Notes under the pieces: model-generated
Told to the model about the DNA's origin: nothing
Databases searched by the model: none
What the model saw: the letters and a program-made list of their open reading frames with translations, nothing else
Made by a program: the position numbers and the translations under genes
Shown: in pieces, positions 17,981-26,377 of the stretch
Numbering within the stretch: position 1 is the stretch's first letter
How the letters are laid out: every line of letters starts with the position of its first letter
NCBI GenBank assembly: GCA_019312685.1
Contig: JAFDCR010000002.1
Location: forward strand, 1-26,377
Source of the DNA: Deltaproteobacteria bacterium
GTDB taxonomy: Bacteria; Desulfobacterota; Desulfobulbia; Desulfobulbales; BM004
Direction: 5' to 3'
DNA length: 26,377 bases

Positions 17981-18997
17981 ATGCAGTCATTTTCCGTCGT
18001 TATTGTCGGTGCCGGTCCCGGAGGTCTGGCGTGTGCCCGTCTGCTGGCAGAGCATGGTCTGGATGTTCTTGTATTGGAAAGGAAATCCGTTGTCGGCCCA
18101 AAGGTTTGCGGTGGGGGTATAACCTGGGACGGACTGCTCAAAAGGGTACCTGGCGACCTCATAGATGGTTCTTTTCCCGCTCAACATATCCGGTCAAATT
18201 ACCAGCAGACAATAATCAGATCATCTGACCCTATCGTTGCAACCGTCCGCAGGGAGGTACTCGGCGAATGGATGTGTCGCCAGGCAGAAAACGCCGGTGC
18301 CGTTATAAAAACATCCTGCCTGGTGAACCGTATTGACCATGACTCCGTTTCAACTAATCTGGGTGATTTCCGCTACCGTTATCTGGTCGGAGCGGACGGC
18401 TCCGGTTCAATCGTTCGGAAGCACCTGCGACTCGGTACTGAAAAGGTTGGAGTCGGTATCCATTTTCAGGTGCCGGGCAATTTTGAAAATATGGAATGGC
18501 ATCTGAATCATAACCGGTTTAATAATGGCTACGGCTGGATTTTCCCTTACAGAGACATGGCCTCAGTCGGTATTTACGGTGCCAAACCCTACAATAATCC
18601 CGGAAAAATGCTTGCCAGTCTTCTCCAATGGACAAAGCAGCGGAAAATCCCGACTGCAGGGATGAAACCACGTGCCGGGCTGATAAATTTTGACTACCGC
18701 GGCTGGCATTTCGGCAATAAAATGCTTATAGGTGATGCAGCAGGACTTGCTTCAGGGCTCACCGGCGAAGGCATGTATTCTGCCCTGGTATCCGGAGAAA
18801 CCGCTGCAGGGATCATTTTAGATCCGGAATTTGACTGCCGTGAATTACAGCGGCTTATCAAAAAACAACAAAAACATCGAAAAATTGTCGAAATTTCTGC
18901 TAAGAATAAGCTTATCAATATAGGATTAATGGAAATTCTCATCCTGGCACTGCGGATTGGCCTGATACCATTCAGCATGCTGGAGATGGCCGACTGA
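17981..18997 (+). CDS. NAD(P)/FAD-dependent oxidoreductase, geranylgeranyl reductase/FixC-like family
   Basis: VVIVGAGPGG, KVCGGG, LVGADGSGS, YGWIFP, LIGDAAGL, TGEGMYSA. Confidence 0.88.
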   Translation: MQSFSVVIVGAGPGGLACARLLAEHGLDVLVLERKSVVGPKVCGGGITWDGLLKRVPGDLIDGSFPAQHIRSNYQQTIIRSSDPIVATVRREVLGEWMCRQAENAGAVIKTSCLVNRIDHDSVSTNLGDFRYRYLVGADGSGSIVRKHLRLGTEKVGVGIHFQVPGNFENMEWHLNHNRFNNGYGWIFPYRDMASVGIYGAKPYNNPGKMLASLLQWTKQRKIPTAGMKPRAGLINFDYRGWHFGNKMLIGDAAGLASGLTGEGMYSALVSGETAAGIILDPEFDCRELQRLIKKQQKHRKIVEISAKNKLINIGLMEILILALRIGLIPFSMLEMAD

Positions 18998-19010
18998 CCA
19001 AGGATACCCA

Positions 19011-19289
19011 ATGAATACCGAAGGAAACAGCAAGAAACGCAAAAACATAATCATCTACAATATCATTTTTGTTTTGGTCTGCGGTGGACTTTTTCTCTTT
19101 CTCTGGAACGCCCCGGAGGAAACCACCAAGCATATGCCCAGTGATGAAGACCATTCCAGGTTCATTAAAATGAATAAAAAAGAAGCGGAAAAATTCTGTG
19201 AGGAGTGCCATTCTCCCGAGGGTGTTGCCCCTCTGCCGGAGGAACATCCTCCCAAATATCGCTGTCTTTTCTGCCATAAAAGAATTTGA
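19011..19289 (+). CDS. Small membrane-anchored diheme c-type cytochrome
   Basis: Basic N-terminus plus TM (IIIYNIIFVLVCGGLFLFLW); two CxxCH motifs (CEECH, CLFCH); extra His residues as possible distal ligands. Confidence 0.85.
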   Translation: MNTEGNSKKRKNIIIYNIIFVLVCGGLFLFLWNAPEETTKHMPSDEDHSRFIKMNKKEAEKFCEECHSPEGVAPLPEEHPPKYRCLFCHKRI

Positions 19290-19562
19290 TCCACCGCATC
19301 CATGGTTATTGTTTTTTCCAAGACATTACAGTATGGTATGTTTGTTGCGCCATAATTATCCCAGGGTTCACAAAGTACAGACATAAAGGTTTTGAAGGCG
19401 GGCATTTATACATTCTGAAAATGGTTGGCAGCAGAAATAACTACCAAACCGTGAAACAAGATTTCGTAATTATTTCTGTAATAGTATATAGAAGAAGTCT
19501 TAACAGAACATCAGCCACCGGTTAGTTTTTATGAAAATAACCTCTTCAGTGAATTCTGCATT

Positions 19563-20126
19563 ATGAATCAAGAAAACAGCAAAGACTGGCACAAAAGAAA
19601 AAAGGTAAACTTCGGAATTAAACGGGATCTCCAGGTATGGCTTCTTACTCGCATTGTGGGCGTATCGCTGCTGACAATTATTATTGCATGTCTTATATCA
19701 TATCTCTACGCCAAGAATGCAGTAGCGGGTGATTATCTCAGATTCCAGATCAATGTCAGAACAGTCGGTGAGGTTTTCCTGCCAATTTTTCTGACAGCTG
19801 TGCTGAGTGTCCTTGTCTCCGGCCTGGCCCTGGTATTATTCTTACCTCTCAAAATAGTCGGCCCCTTATATAGAGTTGAACAGGACCTGTTGCAGATCGC
19901 TTCCGGCGATCTTGCCAAAACCATAAAGGTCAGGTCCAATGATATCCTCAAGGAACATGCAGAGGCGGTCAACATGGCAATGGAGGAACTTGGCGGAATA
20001 ATCAAGGACATCCGGGAATCAAGCAGTAACCTTGAAACAAAAATTATGGAAGGCGATCCAAACGAGACAAAAAAGGCGTTGGAACATCATAAAAAACAAC
20101 TCGATCGAATAAGTAACAAACCGTAA
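19563..20126 (+). CDS. Two-TM HAMP-domain membrane protein with no recognisable output domain
   Basis: Two hydrophobic segments, then HAMP-like GPLYRVEQDLLQIASGDL...NDILKEHAEAVN and a short helical tail. Confidence 0.75.
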   Translation: MNQENSKDWHKRKKVNFGIKRDLQVWLLTRIVGVSLLTIIIACLISYLYAKNAVAGDYLRFQINVRTVGEVFLPIFLTAVLSVLVSGLALVLFLPLKIVGPLYRVEQDLLQIASGDLAKTIKVRSNDILKEHAEAVNMAMEELGGIIKDIRESSSNLETKIMEGDPNETKKALEHHKKQLDRISNKP

Positions 20127-20397
20127 TTAACGGGCAAACCATTTCATTTCTTGAAACGTTAAATCCAAACCTACTCCTGAAATATCAATACCTGCCCCAC
20201 CTTTAAGGATATCTGGAGCAATCCTTTACTATCAAGCAAGCAGCGGCAACACTGCTCGGCAATTCCTCAGCCTAAAACAAATAGCACAGGTTCTTTTCAT
20301 TTTAACCAAATGGAGTCATTACCAAGGCAACCCCATCCCCAAACCGTAATATCCCGTGTCAAGCATTACTGGCAAACTGCTTTAAGAACCATTACGC

Positions 20398-20426
20398 TTG
20401 ATAAAAATGAGCTCTACCATTATAAG
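20398..20426 (+). promoter_or_regulatory. Candidate sigma70 promoter for the binding protein/two-component operon
   Basis: TTGATA (20398-20403), 17 bp spacer, TATAAG (20421-20426); 5/6 match to each box. Confidence 0.4.
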
Positions 20427-20497
20427 CTAATAAATTTAAGCTGATATCTGCTGTTATTAAACCGAATATGTCAGGATCAAACCGATAGCTGAGTGCC

Positions 20498-21727
20498 ATG
20501 CGGAATTTAATTCATCCAAAGGGATTACGTTTCAGATTCATAATGTATACATTTCTGTTTCTGGCAGTACCGCTGTTCTCCTCTTTTCAAGCAAACGCCC
20601 AGGACATCCCCTGTCTCCATAATTCATATGTGTTCGGCATGTCCACGGTCCTGTCCGGCCCTGCAGCCCATCTTGGTATCAATATGCGCAACGGGGTACT
20701 GGCAGCCTTGAAAGAGATAAACCTGCAGGGCGGCATAAATGACAGGAGTCTTTGCCTTATAGCCCTGGATGATCGCTACGAGCCGGAAATAACCGTAAAA
20801 AATATGCACAGGTTGATCGAGCAGGAAAATGTTCTGGCCATCATAGGTAATGTCGGCACACCCACGGCAATTGCCGCAGTCCCGATCGCCAACCGGAACC
20901 GTGTTCCCTTTTTCGGTGCTTTTTCCGGGGCAGGTATTCTCCGTCGGATTCCACCGGATCCATATGTGGCAAATTACCGTGCCAGTTATGCTGAAGAAAC
21001 AGCAGCCATGGTCCAGGCGCTTATAACTTACGGTGGCCTGCAACCTGATGAAATTGCCTTTTTTACGCAAAGAGATGCTTACGGGGATTCAGGTTTTCTC
21101 GGCGGCATTGCTGCATTAAAGAAAAACGGCTTGAAAGATGAAACACAGATAACCCATGGCTGGTATGAACGGAACAGCCTTGCGATTGAAAACGGCCTAG
21201 CCGATATACTGCTTGCCGACCCCGAGCCAAAGGCTGTCATTATTGTCGGCACCTATGGCCCTTCAGCAAAATTTATCAAGCTGGCCCGGAAATACAACCT
21301 GAATTCTTTATTCCTCAATGTCTCCTTCGTTGGTGCAGCCCCTCTGGCCCAGGCCCTCGGTCCTGGTGAGGACGGCGTCATTGTTACCCAGGTGGTGCCG
21401 CATTTGAATTCCTCCTTGCCGACCGTGAAAAAATATCACAGGGCCCTGAGCCTTTTCAACCCGTCAATTGCTTCCACATTCGGCTCACTCGAAGGATATA
21501 TAACGACACGAATTCTTCTGCTTGCTTTGAAAAACATCAAAGGAGAAATTACCAGAGAGTCAATAATGAATGGGCTTGAAAGCCTGGGAGAGTTTGACAT
21601 CGGGCTGGATTCTCCTCTGAAAATATCCTCGACCGAACATCAGGCCAGCCACCAGGTCTGGCCGACCATTATCCGTAATGGAGAAGTTCTGCCTTTTGAC
21701 TGGCACCAGTTGGAAATTACACCATGA
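20498..21727 (+). CDS. Periplasmic binding protein, type I (LivJ/branched-chain amino acid-like)
   Basis: Signal-like N-terminus; GMSTVLSGPAA, INLQGGI, LDDRYEP, GNVGTPT, NYRASYAEE, VIVTQVVP. Confidence 0.88.
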   Translation: MRNLIHPKGLRFRFIMYTFLFLAVPLFSSFQANAQDIPCLHNSYVFGMSTVLSGPAAHLGINMRNGVLAALKEINLQGGINDRSLCLIALDDRYEPEITVKNMHRLIEQENVLAIIGNVGTPTAIAAVPIANRNRVPFFGAFSGAGILRRIPPDPYVANYRASYAEETAAMVQALITYGGLQPDEIAFFTQRDAYGDSGFLGGIAALKKNGLKDETQITHGWYERNSLAIENGLADILLADPEPKAVIIVGTYGPSAKFIKLARKYNLNSLFLNVSFVGAAPLAQALGPGEDGVIVTQVVPHLNSSLPTVKKYHRALSLFNPSIASTFGSLEGYITTRILLLALKNIKGEITRESIMNGLESLGEFDIGLDSPLKISSTEHQASHQVWPTIIRNGEVLPFDWHQLEITP

Positions 21728-23589
21728 GCAAACTTCCGGAAAATACAAAAAGGGGGGAAAATCCTGTCAAGCTTGTCTGGCTGATTACACTGCTCAGCTT
21801 TTCAGTTGGTGTGTTCATGGTTTACCTTGTCTGGTCCACGCTCACAGGCCTAAGGACGGAACGGGAAAATCTGTTCGAATTACTGGAGACATTCAACTCA
21901 ATACAGGCGGAACTTGAAAGCGGCATTGCCAAGCAGAAGTCCGAGGTGGCAGATCTGCTTGAAACAAAAATTGCTCACGACAGTTCAAAGGAAAACCTTC
22001 GCCTGCTGAATCTTATCGGGCAATATCGTCAGGTGGTATCCAGCCATGAACTGATAAATTCATTTGACAGGCTTGAACAGAACATAAAGTCTCTTTTCAC
22101 TGTCAAGGAGAAATTAACCTGGTGGGCAAGTGCTTATAACCGGACGATTCCCAGAATACCACCGGCCCGCAAAAAAATTACAGACAGCCTTAACCGGCTA
22201 TACGAAACCGTTGATCAGGCCGAGGGGCAGCTGCGGATCGAACGGGCAGCTAAGATAAGGGAGTTGCGGCACACTCCCGGTGAAATAAATATATCTGCTA
22301 TCAATGAAATTGCCGCATCCAATGTCTTTTCCCTTATCCGCCGCGATATCACTGACCTGCTGCAGTTAAATGATCGTTTACATATAATAACTGAAGCAGA
22401 CAACCTCGCGGACCTCAAAGACAATAAGATCAGAACGCTTCTGGCCAGGTTGCGTCTCAATACCCAGCTCTACGCCGGTGAAAAATCTCCCGTCAAAATC
22501 AAACTCAACAGTTTGTTGGATGACTATGAAAGAGCATTATTCGGTCAGGGTTACAGTATCGATGATGACCATCAGCTAATTAACCTGGGACATGATGGCG
22601 AATACGGCTTAGTCCAGGACCAGTTAAAGATGGTTGCGGAAAAAAATACTTTACGGAAAGAGGCGTACATCACTTATGACAAAATCGAAGCAGCTTTGGC
22701 AGCAATCTCCTCCCAAACTGATAAAATTGCCCAGTATGAAGTTACGAAAGTTGAAAACATTTTGGCTCAGACCTGGCGCACAATGGTGATTATCCTGCTT
22801 GTTACCAGCATTATTTATGCAATGCTGGCCTATGAAATTATCACGGCTGCAAAACTGCAGGTCAAGGCAATCGAAGATTCAAATATTGAACTGGAAGAAA
22901 TGGCCAGTGAACTGAAAAAGTCTGAAGAGCGTCTGCACCGTCTGTCCCAGGATCTTTTCACTGTCCAGGAAAATGAAAGAAAAAGGATATCGCTGGAACT
23001 GCACGATGAATTGGGGCAAGCCATGGCAGCCTTAAAACTGCAGGTAGGCTCCATTACCAGACGTTTAGGATCTGATTCAACAGAGGACCTCATAAATGTC
23101 TGCGAAGAAATGAGTAAGAATATAAACCAGATTATTGAAAATGTCCGGAGGCTGTCCAGGGATCTCAGTCCGGTTGTTCTTGATGATCTAGGTTTACAGG
23201 CTGCAATTGAATACCTTGTGAATAATTTCTCAAAAATTTATAATGTAGAAATCAAATATAAATATAAAGACATTAATCACTTCTTTAATGAGGATTAACA
23301 ACGCATAATTTATAGAATTCTGCAGGAAGCCTTAACCAATATCGGCAAACATGCACAGGCGAATAATGTCTCGCTCATTATTGAAGAACAGGACAATGCA
23401 ATCCAATTCACTGTCAGGGATGACGGTAAAGGCTTTAATGTTCAGAAAACTCTGGACACAAAGGGGGTTGATAGGGGCATGGGACTTGAGGCTATGGCTG
23501 AACGGGTCCGGATTCTTGGTGGAAAAATCAATATTGTGAGTCGCCCGGGTATTGATACCACTATTATTTTTACTGCCCCAATCAAATAA
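21724..23589 (+). pseudogene. NarX-like (HisKA_3) sensor histidine kinase interrupted by an in-frame TAA at 23296-23298
   Basis: Two TMs and H-box ERKRISLELHDELGQ. The same frame continues past the TAA: QRIIYRILQEALTNIGKHAQA...VRDDGKGF...GMGL...RVRILGG...IFTAPIK* ending at 23589, i.e. the HATPase_c domain. Confidence 0.88.
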
Positions 23590-23602
23590 TAAGGAGGCTG
23601 TT

Positions 23603-24259
23603 ATGGCAAAGTACAAAATTATTTTGGCAGATGATCACGTTCTTATCCGTCAGGGCTTGAAAAAGCTCATTGAGGAGAATGTAGATCTTGAAGTAACCGG
23701 TGAGGCCGGTGATGGTCTTGAACTTCTCGATTTGCTGGAAAATATCAGACCGGATCTGATTATTCTTGACATCTCAATGCCTCACCTGCGTGGCATAGAA
23801 GTCATAAATGAAGTGAAGAAGCTCTGCCCTGGTGTTAAGATTCTTATGATAACCATGCATAAAAGCGAACAGCATTTTCTTTGTGCCATGTCTGCAGGAG
23901 CCGACGGTTACCTTTTAAAGGAGGACTCAGACAGCGAGCTATTAAATGCAATCGACGTGGTAATGCAGAACGAGATGTACATTTCCCCGCATCTGGCTGA
24001 AGAGTTCTCCGATGAAGTTATCAAGGCCTACCGAGAAAAAGGGGTATTCCCATGCGAAACCCTGACAAACCGTGAAATAGAAGTTCTGAAACTTGTTGCT
24101 GAAGGGCTCACCAGTAAGGAAATTGCAGAAATATTATCCATAAGTATCAGGACAGTGGAACACCACCGTGCCAATCTCCTGAAGAAGCTTAACCTGAAAA
24201 ATACGGCTGATCTGATTAAACATGCAATCCAGAATGGCTTTATCAATACAACAGAGTAA
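23603..24259 (+). CDS. NarL/FixJ-family response regulator (REC plus LuxR HTH)
   Basis: ILADDH, LDISMP, GYLLKE, LTNREIEVLKLVAEG, TVEHHRANLLKKL; AGGAGG upstream of ATG 23603. Confidence 0.95.
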   Translation: MAKYKIILADDHVLIRQGLKKLIEENVDLEVTGEAGDGLELLDLLENIRPDLIILDISMPHLRGIEVINEVKKLCPGVKILMITMHKSEQHFLCAMSAGADGYLLKEDSDSELLNAIDVVMQNEMYISPHLAEEFSDEVIKAYREKGVFPCETLTNREIEVLKLVAEGLTSKEIAEILSISIRTVEHHRANLLKKLNLKNTADLIKHAIQNGFINTTE

Positions 24260-24288
24260 AAGAGTAATTAATAAAGTGGGGGAAAGTT

Positions 24289-24600
24289 ATGAGCCAGTAT
24301 TCCAAAAACTATAAGTGGCTTTTAGACAAATTCGGCCCGGTTATGGAAAAACACCAAGACCTTGGCAAGGCCCTGCGCGAGGCCGGTCCGATTGACGAGA
24401 AAACCTCCCAGCTCATTCAGCTCGGTGCTGCTGCCGCCTCCAGGGCGGAAGGATCTGTCCACTCCCACGTTAAACGGGCTCTTACTGCCGGCGCAACACA
24501 GGATGAGATCTATCACACCATAATTTTATTAACCAGTACAATCGGTTTTCCGGCAGTTGCAGCGGCTCTTTCCTGGGCCAGGGATATTATAAGGGACTGA
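24289..24600 (+). CDS. Carboxymuconolactone decarboxylase (CMD/AhpD-like) family protein lacking CxxC
   Basis: GPIDEKTSQLIQLGAAAA, SHVKRALTAGATQDEI, IGFPA; no Cys residues. Confidence 0.82.
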   Translation: MSQYSKNYKWLLDKFGPVMEKHQDLGKALREAGPIDEKTSQLIQLGAAAASRAEGSVHSHVKRALTAGATQDEIYHTIILLTSTIGFPAVAAALSWARDIIRD

Positions 24601-24606
24601 AAAATC

Positions 24607-24816
24607 GTGCCAGAATCCCAATCGGAAAAATCCCTCTCTTCTGGAGAGCAGAAAGAACTGGAGAGGAGACTTTCAAGTGCGTCCAAAGAAAACCGCATAC
24701 CCTGCTCCAGTGCCCTTGCCATTGCTAAGTCGCTCAACATTCCTGCTAGGGAAGTGGGGAAAGCAGCAAACAAACTTAAAATCAAAATCAGCAAATGCCA
24801 GCTTGGCTGTTTCTAG
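24607..24816 (+). CDS. Small Cys-containing hypothetical protein ending in CQLGCF
   Basis: IPCSSALAIAKSL...EVGKAANKLKIKISKCQLGCF; GTG start; fits tightly between two same-strand genes. Confidence 0.75.
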   Translation: MPESQSEKSLSSGEQKELERRLSSASKENRIPCSSALAIAKSLNIPAREVGKAANKLKIKISKCQLGCF

Positions 24817-24840
24817 GCAGCTTCGGCAGCTTCTCTTCCC

Positions 24841-25635
24841 ATGAAAACCCTGCATGAAGCCCTGATTATCCGTTTGAAAGGTGATCACCCCCAGGAGACA
24901 ACCGACCGGATTGCCACGGAAATAGGCTTTTCCCTTAAGGTCAATGACAAACAGGTGGTGACCCTGTTATGCACCCCGTCAGAACTTGACGCCATGGCTG
25001 TCGGCTTTCTTCTCTCCGAAGGGCTCCTGCAGGAGCAAAATGAACTGCTGGACTTGCAGGTTGATGAAAAGGAATTCACAGTCTCAGTCACTCTCAAGGG
25101 ACTTCCTGAAAATATTGATAATGCCTTTCATAAGAAAACCATTACCTCGGGCTGCGGCCGCGGCATTACCTTTACTGATGCCGAAAGCCTGAAACATCTG
25201 CCGCCGAACAGGTCTGATCTAAGAATTGCTAAAGGGGACATACCGGACCTGATGAGAAAATTCCGTTCGATTTCAAAACTCTTTCTGGAAACCGGCGGAG
25301 TCCACTCAGCAGCACTGGCAGACAGAGAGAACATTCTCCTTTTTGCCGAGGATATCGGTCGACATAATGCGGTTGACAAACTCATCGGCAAGGCATTCCT
25401 TGAAGAAATACCCGTTACAGATAAAATACTGCTTTCCAGCGGCAGAATTTCAGGGGAGATAATGACCAAGGTGATCCGCAACCGCATACCTGTGATTATC
25501 AGCCGGACGGCCCCGACCTGCATGTCAATAACCCATGCGGAGGACCACGGTGTCACCCTTATCGGCTTTGCCCGGGGCGACCGGATGAATATCTATACAC
25601 ACCCTCAAAGAGTAATTTTGAATTCTGAATTTTAA
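24841..25635 (+). CDS. fdhD: Formate dehydrogenase accessory sulfurtransferase FdhD
   Basis: LAVGF-like MAVGFLLSEG, TSGCG, TGGVHSAA, EDIGRHNAVDKLIG, SSGRIS, SRTAPT, LIGFARG. Confidence 0.94.
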   Translation: MKTLHEALIIRLKGDHPQETTDRIATEIGFSLKVNDKQVVTLLCTPSELDAMAVGFLLSEGLLQEQNELLDLQVDEKEFTVSVTLKGLPENIDNAFHKKTITSGCGRGITFTDAESLKHLPPNRSDLRIAKGDIPDLMRKFRSISKLFLETGGVHSAALADRENILLFAEDIGRHNAVDKLIGKAFLEEIPVTDKILLSSGRISGEIMTKVIRNRIPVIISRTAPTCMSITHAEDHGVTLIGFARGDRMNIYTHPQRVILNSEF

Positions 25636-25677
25636 ATTTTAAGTTAATTCAAAACTAAAAACTCAAAATTTAAAATT
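25614..25677. repeat. AT-rich heptamer inverted-repeat element, copy 3
   Basis: AATTTTG AATTCTG AATTTTA AATTTTA agtt AATTCAA AACTAAA AACTCAA AATTTAA AATT; includes the last codons and stop of fdhD. Confidence 0.88.
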
Positions 25678-25728
25678 AATAATAATACTTGCTGATTAAT
25701 GAAAAATCCTAACTCTTAAACGTAATTA

Positions 25729-26377
25729 ATGGCTTCCACACATAAGCAATCCAAAGACATGCTTGGCCGCACGGATACGGTCAGCCTCAAACAAGCCCTG
25801 AAACTTTTGGAGCAGAACCTGCCGCCCTGCCCTGCCCGAACTATTACCTTAACGCTTGATGCCGCACTGGGACGGATCTGCGCTGGGAATATTTACTCTC
25901 CGGAGAATCTGCCCCCATTCCCCCGTTCAACCATGGACGGTTACGCCGTAAATTCCAAAGATACTTTCGGTGCCAGTGATAAACTTCCTGCCTATCTGGA
26001 TGTTACCGGCAATGTACTTATGGGCGAATTCCCCGAAAACGGCCCGCAATCAGGGGCCTGTTTTCATATTGCCACCGGCGGCATCCTGCCTCCGGGCACC
26101 GATGCGGTTGTCATGCTGGAACATACGGTTGCAGTGGATGAGAGCATGATAGAAGTCGTGCAGCCTGTAGCAGCGGGAACCAATGTCATTGATACGGGAG
26201 AGGATATTGACAAAGGCGGAACATTGCTTCCGTCCGGACATCGTATACGACCCCAGGATATAGGTCTGCTGGCCGGTGTCGGATTTGAAAGCATTACTGT
26301 TTTCCGCCGGGTCAGGGTCGGCATTATTTCCACGGGCGATGAAATTGTCCCTCACGACCAACAGCCTCCCCCTGGTA
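25729..26377 (+). CDS. moeA: Molybdopterin molybdotransferase MoeA (3'-truncated; absent from the ORF track)
   Basis: Manual translation from ATG 25729: ...ALGRIC...LPPFPRSTMDGYAV...IATGGILPPGTDAVVMLE...GEDI...RPQDIGLLA...VGIISTGDEIV. Alternative start ATG 25759. Confidence 0.94.
   Translation, partial: MASTHKQSKDMLGRTDTVSLKQALKLLEQNLPPCPARTITLTLDAALGRICAGNIYSPENLPPFPRSTMDGYAVNSKDTFGASDKLPAYLDVTGNVLMGEFPENGPQSGACFHIATGGILPPGTDAVVMLEHTVAVDESMIEVVQPVAAGTNVIDTGEDIDKGGTLLPSGHRIRPQDIGLLAGVGFESITVFRRVRVGIISTGDEIVPHDQQPPPG

Noticed and set aside
19286-19525. 79-aa ORF after the cytochrome gene
   Set aside because: No recognisable motif or SD, and the composition looks intergenic.
20498-21727. This binding protein as the missing YejA
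   Set aside because: It is a type I LivJ-like fold; Yej/Dpp permeases use family-5 binding proteins. It is also translationally coupled to the kinase.
23296-23298. Selenocysteine or pyrrolysine recoding of the kinase stop
   Set aside because: The codon is TAA, not TGA or TAG, and the position is not a catalytic Cys site.
23552-23602. Longer 235-aa start for the response regulator
   Set aside because: It overlaps the kinase HATPase tail; a strong AGGAGG precedes ATG 23603.
48-26361. Numerous short alternative-frame and antisense ORFs in the track (e.g. 10606..11259, 12360..12884, 26050..26361)
   Set aside because: They lie within or opposite well-supported genes and show no family motifs; treated as shadow ORFs.

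Overview
Bacterial chromosomal window whose gene content (putA ending ENTMRRGFAP, diheme cytochrome, FdhD/MoeA, MgtE form) suggests an anaerobic Desulfobacterota-type organism; this is an inference. Left to right: 5'-truncated putA; a Cys-rich 4Fe-4S protein; a degraded gene remnant; a same-strand cluster of M20D amidohydrolase, GCS2/YbdK ligase, cytoplasmic gamma-glutamyltransferase and yejBEF-like ABC genes with no binding-protein gene; convergent pepA; a CNNM/CBS protein; an HtrA-like protease; a 180-bp MITE-like hairpin; mgtE; a geranylgeranyl-reductase-like flavoprotein plus membrane diheme cytochrome c; a HAMP protein with no output domain; a LivJ-like binding protein, a NarX-like kinase broken by an in-frame TAA, and a NarL-like regulator; then a CMD-family protein, a small Cys protein, fdhD and 3'-truncated moeA. 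Three copies of a phased AT-rich heptamer inverted-repeat element overlap gene 3' ends. Best candidates for follow-up: the putative gamma-glutamyl make/break/import module, the heptamer element family and the nonsense-broken kinase. All family calls come from motif recognition, not database searches.
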